NCBI GenBank assembly: GCA_902785075.1
Contig: CACZXN010000002.1
Coordinates: 22,991 to 86,990 of the forward strand
Length of the DNA stretch: 64,000 nt
Direction: 5' to 3'
From: an uncultured Bacteroidales bacterium
GTDB lineage: Bacteria; Bacteroidota; Bacteroidia; Bacteroidales; Bacteroidaceae
The notes under the pieces were generated by a model. It had not been told where the DNA came from and made no database searches. It saw only the letters and a program-made list of their open reading frames with translations. This document shows, in pieces, positions 55,515-64,000 of the stretch; position 1 is the stretch's first letter, and the number at the start of each line of letters is the position of its first letter. The position numbers and the translations under genes were made by a program.

Positions 55515-56753
55515 ATGAGAACATTTGGTATTTCAGTGGTAATGATGTGTTGCTCTGTTTCGTTTGCACAAGGTCCTACAAATTATGACTATCCAAGCGA
55601 ATTGGCAATCCCCATTCACGAGTGGCTTGTACCTTGTGAAGATGTGTGTAAAGTACAAAAAGAAGGAAAGCTCGACTTCAGGACGGAGAAATTTCGCCTT
55701 TTAGTTCCAGAAACTGCGAGCTTCGGATTTGTGTATGATCCATCGATGTTTCGAGAGTGTGCTTTGGTGTATGATTCTGTAGCTCATTCACTTGTCTATA
55801 GCATGCCTGGAACTGAAAAAAAGTACGATTCCATCGAGATGCACTATCTTAGCGCCAAAAGACGAGATATTGAGAAGAAGCCAATTATTCATGGGAACGA
55901 TACTATCAAAGTCGTCGAAAGTGTATTTTTGGATGTTCCTATCAATTATAAGGAACCAGAAGTAAGCAGGTTTTCTGTCCCAATCTCTGATGCTGCAGCA
56001 AAGAGTTTGCGACAGTTATGGGACGGAGCCGTGAAAACAGCTAAGATACCTGAGGAACCTTGGATCAGGTTCAACGATGAGAGTTGGGATTTGAATTATT
56101 ATATGCCACCAATGGTGTTGGATGGAGAGACGTATGACATTTTCATAGGCAAGAGATGTGCGAAACAATGGGCGCCTCAGGTTACAGGAAAGGTTCAGAT
56201 GCTGCTGATGTTCTTAGACCAACTAGGCGAAGCCGTGCATCAGGAAAACAAGGCAAGGGTGGATTCACTGGTAATGGTTTCAGAGTTTTTCGCACCATTG
56301 TTCAAATCAAATAGTTACAATCCCGAGGGACCTCATTATGCACGAGATAAGCAGATAACACCCAAGACCCATCTCAGCCAATTGGACGAAACGCAACGAA
56401 ACAACTATCTCAGAAACAAGGCGCTTGAGGTAGTGAAAATGTTTTCGAATGAATCAAGATCTAAGACAAGTGTAGAAATCACTGGAATACAGACACTTAA
56501 CCCAAACTACTCTTTATCGCCAGAAATGCGAGCATGTTACGGCAGACAGTTCTATGAGGTTATCATTCGTTATGACGAAGAACTACATGTTGATGTGAAA
56601 TGGCCGTATAAGGCAAAAGTTGCGATATGGGAAAGCGACGGAGAGCCAATGGGTGTGGTATTCGGCAACAAATGGGGTCATCATTTCTTCGCAAATCCGT
56701 ATCGTGAATGGGTAAGTCACGAACCAACACAACTAATGAGTATTCCACGTTGA
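55515..56753 (+). CDS. secreted hypothetical protein
   Basis: The ATG at 55515 follows a TAACTTTG box (55477-55484). Signal MRTFGISVVMMCCSVSFAQG. 412 aa, no recognisable motif. Confidence 0.6.
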   Translation: MRTFGISVVMMCCSVSFAQGPTNYDYPSELAIPIHEWLVPCEDVCKVQKEGKLDFRTEKFRLLVPETASFGFVYDPSMFRECALVYDSVAHSLVYSMPGTEKKYDSIEMHYLSAKRRDIEKKPIIHGNDTIKVVESVFLDVPINYKEPEVSRFSVPISDAAAKSLRQLWDGAVKTAKIPEEPWIRFNDESWDLNYYMPPMVLDGETYDIFIGKRCAKQWAPQVTGKVQMLLMFLDQLGEAVHQENKARVDSLVMVSEFFAPLFKSNSYNPEGPHYARDKQITPKTHLSQLDETQRNNYLRNKALEVVKMFSNESRSKTSVEITGIQTLNPNYSLSPEMRACYGRQFYEVIIRYDEELHVDVKWPYKAKVAIWESDGEPMGVVFGNKWGHHFFANPYREWVSHEPTQLMSIPR

Positions 56754-56828
56754 TGGAAAACGCCCAATAATCATCATTAACAAAAAATGAGGAATAATCG
56801 CATTTGTTCTGTAAAAAATACAAAAAGT

Positions 56829-57716
56829 ATGAATAGTTCTATACATAAGATGTTACAGCATTTGATTGCTTGCCTGTTTGTTTCCTTCATCACAATAAGT
56901 GCGCAAGCTACAGGTCAGGAAGGTGATATCATCACCATCGAAGGCACAGAATGGAACCTGATGGGAAAACCCATCGATTACGATTCCGTACTTTATCATC
57001 GACTGTTGGATATTTTGCCCAAAGACAGATCATATTCAACAGCCAACTGGGATGGCTACAAAGCCTATTGGAGCATCCGAAACGACTACCTATGTCTTGA
57101 CCGCATCGAGGTAGAATTTTATAATGCAGAAACGCGAGAGAGACGGACAGCCAATATCCCAGAGGCTGATTTGCAACGAGTGTTTGGCAAGTATTCGAAG
57201 CCACAAGGCATCGTAGCTTCGTGGTTCAATAGGGACATTAGGGCCACTAGGGGCAAACTGCTATACTATGTTCACGACGATTACTTCCGCAACTTGGAGT
57301 ATGAACAAATCCTGACTATCAAGCAAGGGAAAATCACTCGTCGACAATCCTATCACAATAAGGTTGTCATAGAGGAAGGTTTTGACTTTAATATGGTTAA
57401 AGGACAGGAGGATATCCATCGACTCTTCCCTCTCCATACGCAATATTATCCCGAGTTGGCTGGCAGTAGGCGAATCGTTATTACCATCTCAAAGGTGAAA
57501 TTGGACGCGAAAGGCAACCTTGTGGATTGTAGCGTATCTGTATCAGGCAAGGATGGCAAAATAGAAGGTTTGGCTCAAGAGGTGAAAACGCTTCTGAAAC
57601 AAACCCACCCTTGGAAGACACTCTATATCAACGGCGAATATGTATCAACCCGCTACCACGAAAGTATTAAGTTTCCTTACAATCTGAAAGAGAAGAGCGT
57701 CAATTCTGCCAAATAA
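56829..57716 (+). CDS. secreted hypothetical protein with possible TonB-C-like C-terminal domain
   Basis: Signal-like MNSSIHKMLQHLIACLFVSFITISAQA. The C-terminal roughly 80 aa (VKLDAKGNLVDCSVSVSGKDGKIEGLAQEVKTLLKQTHPWKTLYINGEYV) resembles the TonB_C pattern. Confidence 0.55.
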   Translation: MNSSIHKMLQHLIACLFVSFITISAQATGQEGDIITIEGTEWNLMGKPIDYDSVLYHRLLDILPKDRSYSTANWDGYKAYWSIRNDYLCLDRIEVEFYNAETRERRTANIPEADLQRVFGKYSKPQGIVASWFNRDIRATRGKLLYYVHDDYFRNLEYEQILTIKQGKITRRQSYHNKVVIEEGFDFNMVKGQEDIHRLFPLHTQYYPELAGSRRIVITISKVKLDAKGNLVDCSVSVSGKDGKIEGLAQEVKTLLKQTHPWKTLYINGEYVSTRYHESIKFPYNLKEKSVNSAK

Positions 57717-57934
57717 TGTATCACAAAGTTTCGAACACTATCAATCTCCAAAAGGAGATTAATAAACCTCAATAATTAGCACCAAACCATTGCAAAAACG
57801 CAGATAATAGCATTATTTCTGCATGAAAATGCGGAAAAGTGGGATTTGTGACTTGCAAACTCAGGAAAAAGCATTATTTTTGCAAGTTAAGAATAATGTT
57901 TACCCTCGGTTTGTGGGTGAAGATCATAAAAACT

Positions 57935-59848
57935 ATGTCAGAAGAGAATAACGAATTCACGCTATTATCGAAAATAGAATATCCGGAGGACTTAAGAAAG
58001 CTGAGACTCGGACAGTTGCCTCAGTTGTGCAAGGAACTCCGTACAGACATCATTGAAGAGTTGTCGGTCAATCCAGGACACTTAGCTTCAAGTTTGGGAG
58101 TGGTTGAAATCACTGTGGCGTTGCATTATGTGTTTGACACACCTAACGACCGCATCGTGTGGGATGTAGGGCATCAGGCTTATGCACACAAGATTTTGAA
58201 AAAAAGAAAAAAACGTTTTGGTACCAATCGTAAGTTTCACGGATTGAAACCGTTCCCCTTCCCAACAGAAAGCGAATATGACACCTTCTGTTGCGGACAC
58301 GCTTCAAATTCAATTTCTGCAGCATTAGGTATGGCTGTAGCTGCTCGCCAGCAAGGCATCGACAGGAAAATCGTAGCCGTAATCGGCGACGGAGCAATGA
58401 GTGGAGGTTTAGCTTTTGAAGGCCTCAACAACGTGTCAAGCACACCCAACGACATGCTCATCATCCTCAACGACAACAACATGTCGATTGACCAAAGTGT
58501 GGGCGGAATGCGCGAATACCTGCTCGACCTCACCACCAACAGCACCTACAACTCGTTGCGCTACAAGGCTTCGCTAAAACTCTATGAACTGGGAATCCTT
58601 AACGACAAGCGCAAGAAAGGACTGATAAGGTTCAACAACAGTATGAAATCATTGCTGACCAGTCAGCAGAACATCTTCGAAGGACTCGACATCCGATATT
58701 TTGGTCCTGCCAACGGGCATAAGGTGACAGAACTAGTTAAGATTCTGCGTGCCATCAAGGACATGAAAGGGCCAAAGATACTACACCTTCACACCATCAA
58801 AGGAAAAGGATATGCTCCAGCAGAACAAAACGCAACAGTGTGGCATGCACCAGGCAAGTTCGACTATGAATCAGGTGAGCGTATCGAAACCAATTCGAAC
58901 GTGCCTCAACCTCCTAAGTTCCAAGATGTATTCGGCAACACTTTGCTCGAACTGGCACAGAAGAACGATAAAATTGTAGGTGTGACACCAGCTATGCCAA
59001 CAGGATGCTCGATGAACATCATGATGAAAGCAATGCCAAACCGAACCTTCGACGTAGGTATCGCAGAGGGACATGCGGTTACTTTCTCAGGCGGAATGGC
59101 CAAAGACGGATTAATGCCTTTCTGCAACATCTACTCGTCGTTCATGCAACGCGCTTACGACAACATCATTCACGATGCAGCCATCATGAACCTGAATATG
59201 GTGTTGTGTCTGGATCGAGCCGGAATCGTTGGAGAAGACGGACCAACCCATCATGGAGCATTCGATATGGCCTTTCTGCGTCCGATTCCTAACCTCACCA
59301 TCGCTTCACCTTTCGATGAACACGAGTTGAGAAAGCTGATGTACACAGCTCAATTGCCCAACAAAGGCACGTTTGTCATACGCTATCCACGCGGAAAAGG
59401 GTCGCAGATTGACTGGAAATGTCCCTTCGAGGAAATCCCTATCGGCAAAGGTCGGAAACTGAAAGACGGTACCGACTTAGCCATCCTAACCATCGGACCT
59501 ATTGGAACAGAAGCAAGTAATGCCATACTCATGGCAGAAATGAATGCAGCCAACGCAGGCAGGAAACTGAGTGTGGCACACTATGATATGCGCTTCCTGA
59601 AACCACTCGACACAGCCATCCTCGACGAGGTATGCGAGAAGTTCAATCGCATCATCACTGTAGAAGACGGAATTCTGAACGGTGGATTCGGTAGTGCGGT
59701 ACTCGAATATATCAACGACCACAATCGTGATGTGAAAGTAGAACGCATGGGCATTCCTGACAAATTTGTGGAACACGGATCTGTAAAAGAACTCAGAAAA
59801 CTCATCCACCTGGATGCAGATGCAATATGTAAACAGATAGAACAATGA
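57935..59848 (+). CDS. dxs: 1-deoxy-D-xylulose-5-phosphate synthase
   Basis: ThDP motif [16 protein letters not shown]. Typical N-terminus [14 protein letters not shown]. The -7 box TATTTTTG at 57875-57882 excludes the ORF-track start at 57839. Confidence 0.9.
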   Translation: MSEENNEFTLLSKIEYPEDLRKLRLGQLPQLCKELRTDIIEELSVNPGHLASSLGVVEITVALHYVFDTPNDRIVWDVGHQAYAHKILKKRKKRFGTNRKFHGLKPFPFPTESEYDTFCCGHASNSISAALGMAVAARQQGIDRKIVAVIGDGAMSGGLAFEGLNNVSSTPNDMLIILNDNNMSIDQSVGGMREYLLDLTTNSTYNSLRYKASLKLYELGILNDKRKKGLIRFNNSMKSLLTSQQNIFEGLDIRYFGPANGHKVTELVKILRAIKDMKGPKILHLHTIKGKGYAPAEQNATVWHAPGKFDYESGERIETNSNVPQPPKFQDVFGNTLLELAQKNDKIVGVTPAMPTGCSMNIMMKAMPNRTFDVGIAEGHAVTFSGGMAKDGLMPFCNIYSSFMQRAYDNIIHDAAIMNLNMVLCLDRAGIVGEDGPTHHGAFDMAFLRPIPNLTIASPFDEHELRKLMYTAQLPNKGTFVIRYPRGKGSQIDWKCPFEEIPIGKGRKLKDGTDLAILTIGPIGTEASNAILMAEMNAANAGRKLSVAHYDMRFLKPLDTAILDEVCEKFNRIITVEDGILNGGFGSAVLEYINDHNRDVKVERMGIPDKFVEHGSVKELRKLIHLDADAICKQIEQ

Positions 59849-61218
59849 AGATAGTTATCGCAGGAGCTGGTGCTGTAGGTACCCACCTGGCACAGATGCT
59901 CTCCAAAGAAAACTTGGACATCGTCCTGATAGACGAACAAGAAGACCGTCTTGCCAAGCTCAACAACGACCTTGACATCATGACGCTATGTTGTTCGCCT
60001 ACCTCTATCAAAGGACTGCAACAGTCGGGTATCGAAAATGCCAACCTGTTTATCGCAGTCACTCCTAACGAGAGTGAAAATCTCCTGTGCTGTATACTTG
60101 CTAAACAACTGGGTGCCCAACGAACAGTTGCTCGTATAGATAATTATGAGTATCTGTCAGAAGAAAACAAGCAGCTATTTGAGAACGCAGGCATCAGCTC
60201 GCTCATCTATCCAGAGTATCTTGCAAGCAAAGAACTGGCAGCATCCATCGGCTACAGCTGGGTAAGACAGCTATGGGAGTTCGATGGCGACCTGATTCTG
60301 CTGAGTGTTAAGATGCATGCCATCAATCCACTCGATAAACAACAGAAAACAAATGCCAAGAACCAACTGATAGGCCGTACTCTGAAAGAAATCGGTATGG
60401 ACGGGCACAGGTTTCATGTAGTAGCCATCAAGCGTAGAGACGAAACCATCATACCAAGCGGTGATGAGAAAATCCAATCGCGCGACCTCGTATTCTTCAT
60501 GACCACCCGTGACCAGATTAACAACATACGCCACCTGACAGGAAAGGATAATTATCCACAAGTGAAACATGTGATGATTATCGGTGGAGGAAAGTTAGCT
60601 GTGAGAACGGATGGAGCCATCCCCGACAACTACTCAGTAAAGATTATCGAGAAAGATGCTGCACGATGTGAGGAATTGGGAAAAATCACGAAACATCGCA
60701 CAATGATTCTAAACGGAGACGGTTATGATCTCGACCTCTTACAGGACGAAGGCTACAACCACATCGAAGCCTTTGCTGCCCTTACGAACAACGATGAGAA
60801 AAACATTTTGGCTTGTATGGCAGCTCGTAGAAACGGTATCTGCAACACGTATGCCCAAGTGGAGAATCTGGCCTTCCTCGATATGGTGGAATCACTTGAC
60901 GTAGGTACCGTCATCAACAAAAAGATGGTTGCAGCAAGCCACATTTACCAAATGCTGCTGAAAGCCGATGTAAACAATGTAAAGATGCTTACTGTGGCTG
61001 ATGCAGACGTTGCTGAATTTATTGTAAAAGAAGGCTCAAAGGTAACCAAGAAGCCAATCATGAATATCGGTATTCCAAACAATGTGAACATCGGAGGCAT
61101 GATACGTAATGGTCGAGGCGAATTGGTTTCTGGTAAGACTCAATTACAGGCAGGCGACAGAGTCGTTGTGTTCTGCGGAAGTTTGGCACTAAAAAAGTTA
61201 GAAAAATACTTTTCGTAA
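59845..61218 (+). CDS. trkA: Trk potassium uptake system NAD-binding subunit
   Basis: [16 protein letters not shown] Rossmann motif, with a second RCK half ([10 protein letters not shown]). 457 aa. ATGA overlap with dxs. Confidence 0.85.
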   Translation: MKIVIAGAGAVGTHLAQMLSKENLDIVLIDEQEDRLAKLNNDLDIMTLCCSPTSIKGLQQSGIENANLFIAVTPNESENLLCCILAKQLGAQRTVARIDNYEYLSEENKQLFENAGISSLIYPEYLASKELAASIGYSWVRQLWEFDGDLILLSVKMHAINPLDKQQKTNAKNQLIGRTLKEIGMDGHRFHVVAIKRRDETIIPSGDEKIQSRDLVFFMTTRDQINNIRHLTGKDNYPQVKHVMIIGGGKLAVRTDGAIPDNYSVKIIEKDAARCEELGKITKHRTMILNGDGYDLDLLQDEGYNHIEAFAALTNNDEKNILACMAARRNGICNTYAQVENLAFLDMVESLDVGTVINKKMVAASHIYQMLLKADVNNVKMLTVADADVAEFIVKEGSKVTKKPIMNIGIPNNVNIGGMIRNGRGELVSGKTQLQAGDRVVVFCGSLALKKLEKYFS

Positions 61219-61221
61219 CGC

Positions 61222-62727
61222 ATGATTAACTGGCGACAAATATTCAAAGTGCTTGGCATGCTCCTCTTCATCGAAGCAGGCCTCTTGATGATTACGATGA
61301 TTGTTGCATTGATTTATCAAGAAAACATTATGCCATACGTGTGGACACTCGTTATCACACTCGTATTAGGCATATTAGGAAGAGGAATCGGCTGGGGAGC
61401 AGGAAAGAATATGGGACGAAGAGACGGTTACTTGATTGTATCGCTGGTGTGGCTTATTTTTTCACTCATCGGTATGATTCCTTTCATTCTGACTGAGAGT
61501 GTGCCAGATGTATCAAGCGCTTTTTTTGAAGCGATGTCTGGTTTTACTTCGACAGGAGCAACCATCATGGACGATATTGACTCTCTACCAAGGGGAATCA
61601 TCTTCTGGCGTAGTACAACACAGTGGATTGGAGGTATAGGAATCATCTTCTTCACTTTAGCAATCCTGCCTGCATTCGGAGTTGGAGAAGTCAAATTGTT
61701 TGCAGCAGAAGCCACAGGACCCTTACACGAAAAGATTCACCCTCGCATCAGCGTTGCCGTAAAGTGGATTGGTACAGTGTATTTGCTGCTGACTGTCCTA
61801 TGCATCGCTTCCCTGTTTTTATGTGGAATGGAATTCTTTGACGCTGTCAATATAGCAATGACAACAACTGGAACAGGTGGATTCTCGCCACATGCAGCAT
61901 TCTTTCATGACCAATGGCACTCACCCGCAATAGAATATGTGACCACCATCTTCATGCTCCTCTCCGGAATGAACTACACATTATTATTTTATACAATACT
62001 CAAAGGACGATTCCGTAAACTCTTCCAAAATCCAGAGTTAAGGGTTTACATGTTCATCGTCTTCATAACGACTGCGGCTTGTACTGTATTCATCATGATT
62101 CACAACAATAATGGAGATTTGGAGTTATCGTTCAGAGAGGCAATCTTTACTACTGTATCTATTCAGACAACCACAGGATTTGCTTCTTGCGACTATACAT
62201 TATGGCCACAGATGCTGATGCCCGTATTATTGTTCCTGATGTTTGCAGGAGCCTGTTCCGGTTCAACATCAGGAGGTTTCAAATGTATCCGTTGGGCCAT
62301 TTTGTGGGAAGGGTTACACAACGAATTCCGTAAAATTCTTCATCCAAGAGTTGTTGCACCTGTCAAGCTAAATAATGAAGTGATTCCTACATCCGTTCAA
62401 AAAACACTACTGGCATTCTGCGTATTATTTGTAGGATCATTATTCTTAGGTGCCTTCATATTAATCCTCTGTGGAGTAGATACAAACTACATAGCAACTC
62501 ATGACCAAACAATAGTGCTTCGACAAGACTTCACTGAAGCCTTCAGTCTCTCACTCTCCTCATTAAGTAATGTAGGACCTGCAATGGATTACTACGGACC
62601 AGCACATTCATGGGCAGTTATCAGCCCACTAGCAAAAATTGTTTGTGCTTTCCTGATGCTGATTGGACGTCTCGAGATATTCCCAATTCTCATATTATTC
62701 ACAAAAGGATTTTGGAAAAAAGAATAA
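61222..62727 (+). CDS. trkH: Trk-type potassium transporter membrane subunit
   Basis: 501 aa polytopic protein with repeated selectivity-filter-like segments (SGFTSTGAT, TTTGTGGFS, QTTTGF, SNVGP). Follows trkA. Confidence 0.85.
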   Translation: MINWRQIFKVLGMLLFIEAGLLMITMIVALIYQENIMPYVWTLVITLVLGILGRGIGWGAGKNMGRRDGYLIVSLVWLIFSLIGMIPFILTESVPDVSSAFFEAMSGFTSTGATIMDDIDSLPRGIIFWRSTTQWIGGIGIIFFTLAILPAFGVGEVKLFAAEATGPLHEKIHPRISVAVKWIGTVYLLLTVLCIASLFLCGMEFFDAVNIAMTTTGTGGFSPHAAFFHDQWHSPAIEYVTTIFMLLSGMNYTLLFYTILKGRFRKLFQNPELRVYMFIVFITTAACTVFIMIHNNNGDLELSFREAIFTTVSIQTTTGFASCDYTLWPQMLMPVLLFLMFAGACSGSTSGGFKCIRWAILWEGLHNEFRKILHPRVVAPVKLNNEVIPTSVQKTLLAFCVLFVGSLFLGAFILILCGVDTNYIATHDQTIVLRQDFTEAFSLSLSSLSNVGPAMDYYGPAHSWAVISPLAKIVCAFLMLIGRLEIFPILILFTKGFWKKE

Positions 62728-64000
62728 TGATAGCAAAGATTGATTCTGCCACCCTTCAAGGACTAGAAGCCCTTCCTGTCACGATAGAAGTAAATGTATG
62801 TGCAAGCCCACAACCCCGTTTTACGATAGTTGGCTTGCCTGACGCTGCTGTAAGAGAGAGCCAGGAACGTGTACTCTCTGCTTTAACGACGAATAACTAT
62901 AAAATCGCCATGAAGCAGATAATTGTCAATATGGCTCCTGCAGACGTCAAGAAAGAAGGTTCGGGATTTGATCTGCCAATTGCTATTGGAATATTGCTCT
63001 CTATGGAATCCATTGAGACAGACAATATTGGCAAATATATGTTTGTAGGTGAACTAAGCCTAGATGGTTCCATTCAACCCATTAAGGGTGTGTTGCCAAT
63101 TGCCATCAAGGCAAGAGAGATGGGATATGAAGGACTATTTGTTCCAGAGAGCAATGTGAGGGAAGCTGCAGTTGTAAACAGAATTAAGGTATATGGAGTC
63201 AAACACATCCTTGATGTGGTTGGTTTCTTGTCTGGTACCACACAACTCGAACCAACCATCATCAATACCCGCGAAGAATTCTATGCAAACCAATCGACTT
63301 TCAATTTTGATTTCGATGAGGTGAAAGGTCAGGAAAACGTAAAAAGAGCTTTTGAGGTAGCTGCGGCTGGTGGGCACAACATCATTCTTGTAGGTAGCCC
63401 TGGTTGCGGAAAATCTATGATGGCAAAACGTCTGCCATCCATCCTACCACCCTTATCTCTTGCAGAAAGTTTGGAAACAACTCAGATACATAGTGTAGCA
63501 GGAAAACTGAGTAGCACGACATCACTTATCACTCAGCGACCTTTCCGGGCACCTCATCATACCATCTCCGATGTTGCCCTTGTGGGGGGTGGTACCAATT
63601 TCTTACCAGGCGAAATATGTCTGGCTCATAATGGGGTTCTATTCCTTGACGAATTCACAGAATTTTCTAAATCTGTATTGGAAACCCTCCGACAACCTCT
63701 AGAAGATAGGGTGATATCAATCTCAAGGGCGAAATATAACATTACCATGCCTTGTTCGTTCATGTTGGTTGCATCGATGAATCCTTGTCCATGTGGATAC
63801 CATAATCACCCTACACACCCTTGTGTATGTACTCCTGGACAAATTCAGAAATATATGAACAAAATCAGCGGACCTCTCATGGACCGTATTGATATACAAG
63901 TTGAGGTAGCAAGTGTACCTTTTGAAGATATTGCCCAAGCTCCCAAGGGAGAATCGTCAGAAACAATCAGACAACGTGTCATTAATGCACGGAAGATTCA
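62727..64000 (+). CDS. comM: YifB/ComM-family Mg-chelatase-like AAA+ ATPase, 3'-truncated by window edge
   Basis: Not in the ORF track because no stop falls within the window. The ATG at 62727 (TAATG overlap with trkH) gives MIAKIDSATLQGLEALPVTIEVNV. Walker A GSPGCGKSMMAKRLP and the block FLDEFTEF follow. The frame is open to base 64000. Confidence 0.85.
   Translation, partial: MIAKIDSATLQGLEALPVTIEVNVCASPQPRFTIVGLPDAAVRESQERVLSALTTNNYKIAMKQIIVNMAPADVKKEGSGFDLPIAIGILLSMESIETDNIGKYMFVGELSLDGSIQPIKGVLPIAIKAREMGYEGLFVPESNVREAAVVNRIKVYGVKHILDVVGFLSGTTQLEPTIINTREEFYANQSTFNFDFDEVKGQENVKRAFEVAAAGGHNIILVGSPGCGKSMMAKRLPSILPPLSLAESLETTQIHSVAGKLSSTTSLITQRPFRAPHHTISDVALVGGGTNFLPGEICLAHNGVLFLDEFTEFSKSVLETLRQPLEDRVISISRAKYNITMPCSFMLVASMNPCPCGYHNHPTHPCVCTPGQIQKYMNKISGPLMDRIDIQVEVASVPFEDIAQAPKGESSETIRQRVINARKI

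Noticed and set aside
59845-62727. dxs-trkA-trkH translational coupling as an unusual operon
   Set aside because: The overlapping stop and start codons are real. As far as I recall, this gene order is common in Bacteroidales, so it is not treated as a finding.

Overview
The window looks like a Bacteroidota chromosome, probably Prevotellaceae. This is inferred from many TAnnTTTG -7 promoter boxes, a hybrid two-component regulator, a T9SS C-terminal sorting domain and lipoprotein signal peptides. Coding density is about 90%, and about 45 genes can be supported. No similarity search was run; all calls rest on motifs recognised by eye in the ORF translations.

Genes in order:
- 5'-truncated OMP barrel.
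- nadB.
- An orphan glycyl-radical enzyme with its radical-SAM activase, then an acyltransferase-3 membrane protein.
- A xylo-oligosaccharide cluster with no SusC/D: GPH symporter, GH10, GH43, GH67.
- A DUF389-like membrane protein.
- A 2-aminoethylphosphonate (AEP) and glycan-decoration locus. It holds GT4, cytidylyltransferase-fused PEP mutase, phosphonopyruvate decarboxylase, a LicC-like NTase, polyprenyl synthase, an HhH/beta-barrel protein, GT2, LicD, a DegT aminotransferase, RfbF, an SDR, a nucleotide-sugar dehydrogenase and the AEP transaminase.
- An SNF transporter.
- Three tandem mosaic lipoprotein paralogues, plus a divergently transcribed Cys-rich small protein.
- M16 peptidase, LTXXQ periplasmic protein, cysS.
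- A hybrid two-component system divergent from a 1112-aa T9SS cargo protein.
- A glsA/glsB-like lipid acyltransferase pair, then a dGTPase.
- Two secreted hypothetical proteins.
- dxs-trkA-trkH, then a 3'-truncated comM/yifB.

No tRNA, rRNA, CRISPR array, transposase, integrase or recognisable defence genes were seen.

Most noteworthy:
1. The mosaic lipoprotein triplet at 31.3-37.0 kb. Each of the two larger copies carries a duplicated promoter and long leader.
2. A perfect 65-bp inverted repeat pair at 37.7 and 55.2 kb. It is built from alternating heptamers at 11-bp phase and brackets 17.4 kb.
3. A related palindrome-chain element at 22.4 kb.
4. The HTCS plus T9SS cargo pair, which has no PUL context.
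5. The split AEP/LicD decoration locus.
6. The unassigned glycyl-radical enzyme.
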